The notes under the pieces are model-generated. The model did not search any database. It was not told where the DNA came from and was given only the letters and a program-made list of their open reading frames with translations. From IMG/VR virus record IMGVR_UViG_3300033142_001620: a stretch of 64,000 nucleotides of DNA. One strand, written 5' to 3'. Of the stretch, positions 55,798 to 64,000 are shown piece after piece; positions within the stretch are counted from its first letter, which is position 1; each line of letters begins with the position of its first letter. A program made the position numbers and the translations under genes. Source of the stretch: an uncultured virus (IMG/VR IMGVR_UViG_3300033142_001620) (taxonomy: Duplodnaviria > Heunggongvirae > Uroviricota > Caudoviricetes).

Positions 55798-56237
55798 TTC
55801 TTTTCCCTTTCCCGTAAAGAAAATAATATTTCTTTGGAATTGTTAATTATATATTTCTTAATTGCAGAGGTTGATAATCTTTCTGTATAGGGTATATACT
55901 CCATTTGAATATTTAATTCCCTAAGAGTAGTTTCCAGTTCGGGAAAAAATTTATTTTTCCAATCTGACCCAAGAACGATAATATCAATATCCCTAAGTTG
56001 TTTTATATCAAAAAATGTTTCTTGTTTTATAACACTATCCACACACCTTATTTGTTTAAGTATAGATAGACGGTCACTGTAACTCATAATAGGATTTATT
56101 CCCTTATAACTTTTAACCAGCTTATCAGTGCTGACTCCGACCGTTAGATGGTCACCTAATTCTTTTGACTTTAATAATATATTCAAATGTCCATAATGAA
56201 ATAAGTCCCAAGTGCCACAAGTATATACGTTAGTCAT
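55794..56237 (-). CDS. TagD-like (glycerol-3-phosphate) cytidylyltransferase
   Basis: GTWDLFHYGH, GVSTD, GSDW, PYTERLSTS. Confidence 0.88.
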   Translation of the reverse strand: MTNVYTCGTWDLFHYGHLNILLKSKELGDHLTVGVSTDKLVKSYKGINPIMSYSDRLSILKQIRCVDSVIKQETFFDIKQLRDIDIIVLGSDWKNKFFPELETTLRELNIQMEYIPYTERLSTSAIKKYIINNSKEILFSLREREKK

Positions 56238-56757
56238 ATAATATTACTCCTATCCGAAGAAATTTACCATATTTTTCAACTGGAAACTTAACATCAATAT
56301 TAATTAATCTCTTTACAGCAAGAACAATATTTAATCCAGTAGCCTCAATTGGTATAATAGACTTGTCAGGAAACGCACAAGGGAATTGACAAGTTTTACA
56401 AATTTTACAACTGCCAGCACCAAAAGCTGTTGACAACTTACCTGATGAAAACAATTTCAATCTTTCCTCTGTCAATTTATTATGCAGTTCGAGAGATGAT
56501 TTTCTACCAAGCGATTTCCAGTTCTCATCACCACGGGCGTGGCGCCCGTATATCCTATCGAAACTAATTGCTGTTTCTATTATAATAAATTGACCGTGTT
56601 GATATGTAGGCAACAACTCTCTATAATATTCTACTGAATCAACATAAGGGGGACAGGTAGCTATTTTGCCATATCGCTTGCAAAACTTACACATCTCCCT
56701 TGTTTTGTTAGTAAAAAATGGCTTCAACTGACTCGGAGTAAAATTATTTATAATCAT
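56230..56757 (-). CDS. DUF2284-like metal-binding protein
   Basis: CKFCKRYG..CPP; GSCKICKTC..C..EATG. Confidence 0.75.
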   Translation of the reverse strand: MIINNFTPSQLKPFFTNKTREMCKFCKRYGKIATCPPYVDSVEYYRELLPTYQHGQFIIIETAISFDRIYGRHARGDENWKSLGRKSSLELHNKLTEERLKLFSSGKLSTAFGAGSCKICKTCQFPCAFPDKSIIPIEATGLNIVLAVKRLINIDVKFPVEKYGKFLRIGVILYD

Positions 56758-57352
56758 AACCACCATCTATTGATATAATCTGTCCGTTTATATATTCATT
56801 GTTAATTATTTCCATAACCAAACTTGACACTTCTGAAACATTGCCAAAGCGTCCTAATGCAATTTTGTTTTCTATTCTTTTAATTAACTCAGGACTTTTG
56901 TGTTTATGCCAATCTGTATTTATAAAACCAGGTGCTACAGCATTCACAGTTATTTTTCTATGTGAAAGATGCTTGACAAGATTTTTGACAACTGCATTTA
57001 TAGCTGCCTTTGTAACTGGGTAGCCCATAGAAACAGAATGAGGAATCTCCCCCAAAATAGAACTTATAAAAATAACTCTCCCATTATCGTTTATATCCAA
57101 ATTCTGAACAAGGAAGAATGGCTCTGTAAGATTTGTTTCAATTACTTTGTTCCATTCTGCTCTGCTAATTTTACCAAAGTCCGACCTATCCGTTATGCCA
57201 GCATTTAAAATTAAAACATCTAAAGGTTTAATATTTTTGGATACCTGTGTAGTTGTTGAATTAGTATATACCCACCAGCCTCTTTGCCTCAAATCGAAAG
57301 CTATCTGACGCCCTATTCCTTTATTGCCTCCTGTCACAAATGCTGTTTTCAT
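56744..57352 (-). CDS. SDR family oxidoreductase
   Basis: TGGNKGIG, LNAGI, YPVTK, VNAVAPG. Confidence 0.92.
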   Translation of the reverse strand: MKTAFVTGGNKGIGRQIAFDLRQRGWWVYTNSTTTQVSKNIKPLDVLILNAGITDRSDFGKISRAEWNKVIETNLTEPFFLVQNLDINDNGRVIFISSILGEIPHSVSMGYPVTKAAINAVVKNLVKHLSHRKITVNAVAPGFINTDWHKHKSPELIKRIENKIALGRFGNVSEVSSLVMEIINNEYINGQIISIDGGYDYK

Positions 57353-58197
57353 AATAGACCTTCCATCACATCAACCATTCGCTTTGCTGATGTTCCTTGA
57401 TATTCACAAAGTTTTTTAGACCACTTAATGCGTTCTTCCATATTAAATTCTGGGTCTTTCAATAAGTCAAGAGCCTCATTAAATTCATCCCAGTTATATA
57501 CTCGACTGCCAGCATTAATAGATGCCAAGTGTGAAATGTGGTCGTTTTGTCGCCATCGTTCATTGCCTATTAAAATTGTTGGTATTCTCAAAGCAAGTGC
57601 TTCTAACCCAACTGATGAATAATCCGAAACAAATATTGTAGCACGCCGGAAGGCATCGTCTAATGTTATATCGTTCTCATGGAATACTGGATGTCCCCTA
57701 TATATAAATTTAAACCCATGGTCATTGCATGTCTTTTTTATGTCATTCACATCCCAAGTACAAATATCTCGTTTGCGTTTGCCTCGGTGAGTTGGTGCAA
57801 ATACTACAGTTGCAGAGTCAGGATTAAGATTATTAAATAACTTATCTATTCTAACATATCCAGTAACAAACATAGGCTTTTCGTATATTGAATACCAATC
57901 AAGCCATTCTTTTGACGGCACGAAAATAAAATCGGAATGTGCTTTGATGTCACTTATACATTTTTCACCATACAAATATGCATTTTGTGGAAAGTTCACT
58001 AAGCCGTGATTTATAAAAACACCCTTGCCTCCATGTCTGGGATAAATCTGGTCAACTTGTATTGTGAAGTCAACATCATAAAGTGTGCCTTTCTCCGCAA
58101 ACACTGATACATGTCCCCGGGACGACAATTCTTCTGCCAGATTATGGCAATAATCTTTATGGAATTTATATACATAATGGCAAAAAACTACTCTCAT
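57349..58197 (-). CDS. CDP-glycerol glycerophosphotransferase (TagF/TagB-like, GT-B)
   Basis: NHG, TGYVRID, FAPTHR, GHP, SDYSSV. Confidence 0.8.
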   Translation of the reverse strand: MRVVFCHYVYKFHKDYCHNLAEELSSRGHVSVFAEKGTLYDVDFTIQVDQIYPRHGGKGVFINHGLVNFPQNAYLYGEKCISDIKAHSDFIFVPSKEWLDWYSIYEKPMFVTGYVRIDKLFNNLNPDSATVVFAPTHRGKRKRDICTWDVNDIKKTCNDHGFKFIYRGHPVFHENDITLDDAFRRATIFVSDYSSVGLEALALRIPTILIGNERWRQNDHISHLASINAGSRVYNWDEFNEALDLLKDPEFNMEERIKWSKKLCEYQGTSAKRMVDVMEGLL

Positions 58198-58892
58198 ATT
58201 ATATGCCTCACTTCTTTTCCAATATAATATCGAATGTTCAGCTTTCCAATATAGTTAGATTCAGGATAAAGTCTTTTTTGATGGCGGATTCCTGAGTGCC
58301 ATAATTCAGCTACTTTTGGATTTGCTCTACCTATCCAAAACTCACAATCAAATCTGCTTTTGATTGGAGACAAAAGGGGGAGCTTTTTTATATAGTCTGT
58401 ATTTGCCCACCAAAAGGTTCCAGAAAAATGAGGGAATATTTTTGCCCCTCCTGAATGTTTGGTGTTTGCCCCCATATGTCCTTCACCAAGATGCCAGTTG
58501 CTTCCAACCACATCGTTTTTCTCTAATTCTTTTAAGCAAGTTTTGTGTCTGTCAATAACATAATGCTCCATCAGTTTTCGCCAGTCCACAAATTTTTCAG
58601 GCGAATTTCTCGAAACGCCTTTTGTATGAACATAAAAAACCTGTCCATTGAACGTATGTGAATTAAGGTGTAAATAAGTAAGAGTTAAAGACTCGTACAA
58701 ATCGGGTTTGTCTATGTGGTAGATAATCTCTATCTTTTTACCATACTGTCTCGTTGGCTCTTTTCCAACCAGACCAATGTATAACTTATCCATCTTTTGA
58801 TAAAGACCTGATCTCTTCATTCGTATAATTTGTTGCTCCACAATCTCAGACCAATTGTGTACTTGGTAAACGTGCATATATCCATAAATCAT
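58194..58892 (-). CDS. Putative glycosyltransferase-like protein (YVHTKG family)
   Basis: YVHTKGVS..DWR..HFSGTFWWA..EFWIG. Confidence 0.6.
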   Translation of the reverse strand: MIYGYMHVYQVHNWSEIVEQQIIRMKRSGLYQKMDKLYIGLVGKEPTRQYGKKIEIIYHIDKPDLYESLTLTYLHLNSHTFNGQVFYVHTKGVSRNSPEKFVDWRKLMEHYVIDRHKTCLKELEKNDVVGSNWHLGEGHMGANTKHSGGAKIFPHFSGTFWWANTDYIKKLPLLSPIKSRFDCEFWIGRANPKVAELWHSGIRHQKRLYPESNYIGKLNIRYYIGKEVRHII

Positions 58893-59551
58893 TTTATCCA
58901 CCCTTTGCCCTCTTCCAATGCTCTTGCTGCTCCTATATGTCGAAAACAATTAGCAAGCAACTGAGCGGCTTTCATATTAAGTTCATGGTACTTGTGCATA
59001 GCATCAAGCTCTTTCGTTATTGGGAGCATCTTTTTTAAAACGCTGCTTCTTATGATTGTTGGGTTGAGTGTGTAATGTGCATTAGACTTGGCTACATTCT
59101 CAGACACACTATCATACCCAATTCCTTCTCTCGTTATTCTATTCCTTCCACAGACACGGGTGCCTAATCTCCAAGCTCTCAATCGCATATAACCAATGTC
59201 CTGATGCTCCTTAAATACATTAATAATTTCATCAATGTATTTTGATAAAGATTCTCTCGATTCCCAATCATCCTGCAAATGCATAACCAAATCCGTTTCT
59301 CTCGACAAAGCATACCCCATTACTTTATTATACCCTGCTGCACAGCCTAAATTTTCTTCCGAAATATATGTCCTGTATATGTGCTTTTCAAACTGTTCAA
59401 TTGCCAAATCAGTTTCCTTATCATAGCCTCCTTGTATAAGTAGAAGTAAAGGAAACATATCTAATCTATCACTATTCAAATCTAAAAAAGATTCGATTGT
59501 TCGTTTAAGATAATCTGCTCTTTTGTATGTTAGTATTCCAATTGGTATCAT
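58889..59551 (-). CDS. GT2-like glycosyltransferase
   Basis: ILTYKR, ENLGCA, HLQDDW. Confidence 0.8.
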   Translation of the reverse strand: MIPIGILTYKRADYLKRTIESFLDLNSDRLDMFPLLLLIQGGYDKETDLAIEQFEKHIYRTYISEENLGCAAGYNKVMGYALSRETDLVMHLQDDWESRESLSKYIDEIINVFKEHQDIGYMRLRAWRLGTRVCGRNRITREGIGYDSVSENVAKSNAHYTLNPTIIRSSVLKKMLPITKELDAMHKYHELNMKAAQLLANCFRHIGAARALEEGKGWIK

Positions 59552-60669
59552 AAGTACTCCTTTTTAAGTGGTTCTATGTTGGGCACAGGATTTGCCCTTA
59601 TGATATTAAACAATCTTCTCATGTCAGGAATAATTACCTCATCTAAACCACAAGAAGATTGAAAGTAACTCGAAACATATTCCCGCTTTCCTTCGCTCGT
59701 TTGTTTTAATACACCATTCATCGCATGAGCAACCAATTGAAAGTTTTCACTGTTCTCAACTATGCCACAAACTTGTGGATTGCTGTAAACAACAGGAGAA
59801 TGATTGGGAGGATTTGTAATCATAATAGGAGTTCCACACCTCAAAGCTTCTAAGGGACCTCTATCATTCTGTCCACCTCCACCAAGATACATAAACAATT
59901 TTGATTGATTCATTATCTCACAAACAACATCTCTTGTAACCATACCAGGAAAAGTGATATCTAAGCCATGTTCACTCACCTTATCTCTCATTTTAAGTGT
60001 GTTTGCCCCACGATTCCCTCTTCCCGGCATGATGCACTTTAATTTTTTACCAAACATCTTTTCATATTCAATTATTGCTTCGACTGTTTTCCACTGTCCT
60101 TTTTTCTCATGTATATGAGAAGCACCTATACAAACATCATAAATCCTTTCTGTCTTTGTTGGATAAAATATGTCTTCGTGTATTGGTTTCTTAAAATCAA
60201 AAAAGAACCTGTTGTGTCTGTCATAAGAATGCTTTCCTGTTAAATCATTAAAAACAATATCCCAAAACTTCCATCTCTGTCTGCCAGTATTTGCTGCATA
60301 CAAAAGAAGCCATCTTTTCTGTACTTTCATTTTCTCAAGGAAAGGAAACCAAGTTCTAAATCCACCTCTCGCAAAAATAACATCGTCTTCTTTTAAAAAG
60401 TTTTCAATGTATTCTATCTGAGGAGTAACATAACAAGGGATTCCTTGTAGGTGAACACATCCGGGAGACTTACTTGACTCAATAAAAATAACCAAATCAT
60501 CTACTACCTTTTCTTCCAACATCCTCTTGAGCATATAAAAATAGCCTTCAGATAAAAGACCATTTATATTCACAGCATAAAAATTCTGTGTAGCATCCTT
60601 TGGGTTCCAGTATGTGTTAGACCCAACAGGATTGGGACCAAAACTTGTATAAAGAAAAACCAATCTCAT
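59548..60669 (-). CDS. GT-B (GT4-like) glycosyltransferase
   Basis: KKGQ, PGMV, LEALRCGTPI. Confidence 0.78.
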   Translation of the reverse strand: MRLVFLYTSFGPNPVGSNTYWNPKDATQNFYAVNINGLLSEGYFYMLKRMLEEKVVDDLVIFIESSKSPGCVHLQGIPCYVTPQIEYIENFLKEDDVIFARGGFRTWFPFLEKMKVQKRWLLLYAANTGRQRWKFWDIVFNDLTGKHSYDRHNRFFFDFKKPIHEDIFYPTKTERIYDVCIGASHIHEKKGQWKTVEAIIEYEKMFGKKLKCIMPGRGNRGANTLKMRDKVSEHGLDITFPGMVTRDVVCEIMNQSKLFMYLGGGGQNDRGPLEALRCGTPIMITNPPNHSPVVYSNPQVCGIVENSENFQLVAHAMNGVLKQTSEGKREYVSSYFQSSCGLDEVIIPDMRRLFNIIRANPVPNIEPLKKEYL

Positions 60670-61358
60670 GTTCTACCCCACTTTTTTTCTTGTCCTATTT
60701 TATTAAACTCACGCCGTTCTCTTTTTCTGTTATCTCTAAAACCTAATTTAGCAACTGAAGCACCAACATGATGAAAGACCATGTTTCCTCTGTCCTTCAA
60801 CCAATAAAGGTTTAAATCTCTGCATGTATGGAACCAAATCCAATCATCCCAATGAAACGTGGCTATTCTTTCTGATGGAAACAAAGGGATTTTGTCAAGC
60901 ACTTCTTTCTTTATTGTGAGTGCCCACCCTTCTCTTCTTTTCATCACTCGTTTATCAACTTTCCCAATTTTCAACTCATCCATAGAGTGAACAGTTAAAG
61001 GACAGGACGCACCACAATCCTTGTCTTGAAGAAGTTCCAAGTTTCTTTGAAAAAACTGCTTGGTAAGGACAACATCATCATTCAAAATACTGACATAATC
61101 ACAGTCTTTTGATAGCTCAGTAATGCCAAGATTTATTGATTCATTACAAAGTCCTGTCTTAGAATAACAAGTATGAATGTCTATTCCTAACCCTTCATAG
61201 TGAACTATACTTCTTCCAAACAAATCACCAGTAAAATTATTAGAATTATTAATTATAATAATCCTCTTAGGCAACAGAGTGTTTTTATAGACACTCTCAA
61301 GAAGTTTTACCATCAAATCAACATTAATAACTGGTATTATCACTTCAAATTTATTCAT
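60666..61358 (-). CDS. GT2-like glycosyltransferase
   Basis: VIIPV, IINN, NLG, ILNDD, HHVGAS. Confidence 0.8.
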   Translation of the reverse strand: MNKFEVIIPVINVDLMVKLLESVYKNTLLPKRIIIINNSNNFTGDLFGRSIVHYEGLGIDIHTCYSKTGLCNESINLGITELSKDCDYVSILNDDVVLTKQFFQRNLELLQDKDCGASCPLTVHSMDELKIGKVDKRVMKRREGWALTIKKEVLDKIPLFPSERIATFHWDDWIWFHTCRDLNLYWLKDRGNMVFHHVGASVAKLGFRDNRKRERREFNKIGQEKKWGRT

Positions 61359-61942
61359 ATTATTTTCCTAAAAAATCTTGCTGTTAAAAATTCATCTCTG
61401 AGCGTTTCATTTATACTCATCTCTTCAAAGGAAGACAGGGTTTCTTTTACTCCTTCCCACTCCCATCCAACTTCAAATCCCCAATCATGTACTCCGAGCA
61501 AATCTCCTATAGATAGGCATTTTGCAAACAGATTTATTTCCATGTCCTTATTGCCATTATCACAATAAAGAAACTTTCTTTTATCACTTGCAAGAAGGCA
61601 TTCAACAATATACTTTCCATCTGCAAACACATCTGCAACATGGAACTCAACATTTTCATTAAATGCCTCCTTCTGAAACTTTTCAAGTCCCTCGATAGTG
61701 AGACTGCTTTTTGCTTTCTTTGCACTCTTCACTATTGACTTGTTATCAAAAGTATGTAAAGGGATGTCAGGAAAACATTGATGCAATAGTAAAGTGATTC
61801 CACCAACACATGTTCCTAATTCAACCATTAGCTCTGGCTTAAAATCAAGAACAACATCTTTAATGATAGGCAGTTCCCCTTCCTGATGGCAAGCAACTAT
61901 TCTCAACCCTTCATCCCCCAACCAAGTTCTATGTCCTGTCAT
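61355..61942 (-). CDS. Class I SAM-dependent methyltransferase
   Basis: VELGTCVGG, YCDNG, GVHD. Confidence 0.75.
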   Translation of the reverse strand: MTGHRTWLGDEGLRIVACHQEGELPIIKDVVLDFKPELMVELGTCVGGITLLLHQCFPDIPLHTFDNKSIVKSAKKAKSSLTIEGLEKFQKEAFNENVEFHVADVFADGKYIVECLLASDKRKFLYCDNGNKDMEINLFAKCLSIGDLLGVHDWGFEVGWEWEGVKETLSSFEEMSINETLRDEFLTARFFRKII

Positions 61943-61943
61943 T

Positions 61944-63200
61944 TTACATTCCTTTCAATTCCATCATTGTTGGTTCATAGTATGTCCTATAAAGATTGTC
62001 CATGTTGTACCTTTGTCGCATGAACGTCTTAGTCATTACCGATTCATTCTCTTTCATCCTTGCAAGAGTAATCACAGCGAGGTCGTGATAATACAATGCT
62101 GGGTTGTCAGGGGCGAATGTTTGTGTGTGAGAACCAAACTCAAAGTATGTTGCAAAGTTGCCACTGATCTCAATTTGCATCTGCAATGACTTATTCAGAA
62201 CCATAAAAACTCCACCTGCCAATGAAGCCTCAGGAACAACTAATCCAAAGCTTTCTTCTCTTGTTGGGAAGATAAATAGGTTGGAACACTGAAATAGTTC
62301 TCTCAGCATTTCTTTTGGAATGCCAACGTCAAACTTTGGTGATTCAAAATCTGAAGTAAAAGCAAATTCCTTCTGGTCAATCAATCCATTTTTCATTGCG
62401 TGTGTTCGATATACATTGGTGTCTTCTTTCTGCTGCTTTCCGGTCGCCCATTGATTTGCAATAACAAGAAAGACCGATTTTCCTTGAATCTTCATCTCAG
62501 CAAATATGGTCATAACTTCTTTGACTCGCTTGGAAGATAGTCTATCAACTGAAGCAGGAAGAACCTGAACAACGTCTGCTTGCATTATCGCAGGGTACCT
62601 ATCAATGAATCTGCAAGTGTCTTCATTAAAATCAAAGAACGTCCTCAAATCCTTTATATGTGGGATAATTCTAACATCTTCAGAAAATCCCCTGAACTGT
62701 TCCGCAACTCTGATTCTGTCTGTATTGTTTGGGAAGACAAGCTTGTGATTGGGACCATACTGCTTAATATACCACCAATCTGACATAACACTTGGCACTG
62801 AATGTATCCAATGCAGCCAGCGTAAATTAGGAAGGCTTATAGTAGCTTGCTTACATGCTTGTCCATATATCATAAACCATCCTGTAAACACGAAATCATG
62901 CGTGAAAGCGAAGTCAAAATCTGCTAACTCCTCAACTAAATTCTTCCTGCATTGCTCAATAATCCCCTTATGTTCATCGGTGATGTCATTGATAGATTTA
63001 TAATCTATTAAATGAGCAAAAGGGATACTTTTGTGAAGTGTGACAGATTCATCAAACTCTTCCCCATTGTATCCTGAATTTACAAACAGATGAACGTCAT
63101 GCCCAAACCTTGATAACATAATAGCTTGGTCTTTTACAATTCCTGTTAAGGAATACCCCGGTTGAAACTCCATAAAATTTGTGAGTAGTGCAATCTTCAT
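61944..63200 (-). CDS. GT4-like glycosyltransferase
   Basis: GHDVH, FIFPTREESFGLVVPEA. Confidence 0.85.
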   Translation of the reverse strand: MKIALLTNFMEFQPGYSLTGIVKDQAIMLSRFGHDVHLFVNSGYNGEEFDESVTLHKSIPFAHLIDYKSINDITDEHKGIIEQCRKNLVEELADFDFAFTHDFVFTGWFMIYGQACKQATISLPNLRWLHWIHSVPSVMSDWWYIKQYGPNHKLVFPNNTDRIRVAEQFRGFSEDVRIIPHIKDLRTFFDFNEDTCRFIDRYPAIMQADVVQVLPASVDRLSSKRVKEVMTIFAEMKIQGKSVFLVIANQWATGKQQKEDTNVYRTHAMKNGLIDQKEFAFTSDFESPKFDVGIPKEMLRELFQCSNLFIFPTREESFGLVVPEASLAGGVFMVLNKSLQMQIEISGNFATYFEFGSHTQTFAPDNPALYYHDLAVITLARMKENESVMTKTFMRQRYNMDNLYRTYYEPTMMELKGM

Positions 63201-63241
63201 TTTTCATTCTCCTTTCTTCATTAAGGTTAATAATGATTGTG

Positions 63242-64000
63242 TTAATAAGTAAACCCAAGTGGTCCCATTACTGCCCCACTATTAAGAACAAAATTATCTA
63301 CATATATTGTTCCTGTAACATAATTATAAAAACTTGTATCTCCTGTCATTCTTGTATATACTCTCTCAGAACGCCATGAAGAGTATTCATCAGGTTCCCA
63401 TTCAGGAGAATCAAAGGTGGAAGATTCCCATAATTCTCCATCAACATAAAATCTACTATATCCATTTTGGTCTACAGATATTCTTAAATTACAAGAAAGA
63501 ATTCCAGATGGGTAAACTTCCTGTTTTACAATATATGCATTTTCTCCATATTTACCAAGAACAGCTTCCAATTTCCATTCATCAGTATTACTATAATAAA
63601 CAAACTGAAATCTTACCATTTGTGCATAATTTGAGGCGCTTGGAGCAACAGAAGACTGTCTGACAGTCTGTATAGAAAAAGAAAATATATTTGAATAAAC
63701 ATCTTCTACTATAGAAGCATCTATGTCAACATCAATATTAGCTTCTATTGCTCCAACAACATACCAATTTGAAAAAATATCAACACCTTCATTATACTCC
63801 GAAAAAATACCCAAATAAAGTCTGTTGTCGTCTATGTATGGTTTTGCATTATAAGAGTTTGTCCCCCATCTTGAATTAGAAGGATACTCTTCATCCTCAC
63901 CAATAAAATCATCATTCACAACAAATAAAACTTCTCTTGCTATGTAAGTAACAAAAAGAACCGACCTCTCAACTCCTTGTGCATGTTGTATAGAAGAAAA
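63242..64000 (-). CDS. Partial (5'-truncated) putative structural protein with beta-sandwich/LamG-like C-terminus
   Basis: Frame stays open to the window end; RFYVDG, IYVDNF. Confidence 0.6.
   Translation of the reverse strand, partial: FSSIQHAQGVERSVLFVTYIAREVLFVVNDDFIGEDEEYPSNSRWGTNSYNAKPYIDDNRLYLGIFSEYNEGVDIFSNWYVVGAIEANIDVDIDASIVEDVYSNIFSFSIQTVRQSSVAPSASNYAQMVRFQFVYYSNTDEWKLEAVLGKYGENAYIVKQEVYPSGILSCNLRISVDQNGYSRFYVDGELWESSTFDSPEWEPDEYSSWRSERVYTRMTGDTSFYNYVTGTIYVDNFVLNSGAVMGPLGFTY

Noticed and set aside
1..64000. Alternative genetic code or stop-codon reassignment
   Set aside because: Conserved genes are intact in the standard code and TAA, TAG and TGA all terminate genes; only one frame break was seen.

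Overview
This is a 64-kb, AT-rich segment of a large tailed dsDNA bacteriophage genome. I saw no rRNA, tRNA, integrase or canonical CRISPR array, and no capsid or terminase genes. (1) The + strand from 1 to about 9 kb is an early-type region of small genes with very strong AAGGAGGT ribosome-binding sites and intergenic hairpins; it includes DUF2786-like, DUF932-like and radical SAM genes. (2) The + strand from about 9 to 37.3 kb is a replication/recombination module: SF2 helicase, primase, an O-like initiator carrying palindromic iterons, DnaB-like helicase, DNA methyltransferase, sliding clamp, UDG-fused family A polymerase, clamp loader, UvsY-like, SSB-like, RecA-like, 5'-3' exonuclease, resolvase, and a split Rad50 with Mre11. 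(3) The - strand from 37.3 to 64 kb carries lysis-type and virion/fibre-type genes, a 2178-aa Ser/Thr-rich mucin-like protein and a cluster of 15 mostly glycosyl/methyl/nucleotidyl-transferase genes. The top finding is at 12.38-13.89 kb: a stand-alone Cas7/RAMP-like gene and a partner gene are interleaved with five non-coding tracts of strict 5-nt periodicity (conserved GAY-type triplet plus variable NN). This is a candidate RNA-guided system with a gapped code, resembling VIPR-type architecture but with GAC rather than GGY triplets. Other highlights: a ppGalNAc-T-like glycosyltransferase directly upstream of the mucin-like gene, a K-L-V-L-K-K-K peptide motif on about a dozen unrelated proteins, and an SSB-tail mimic (DDIPF) on the clamp loader. 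Family assignments come from motif recognition by eye, not database searches.
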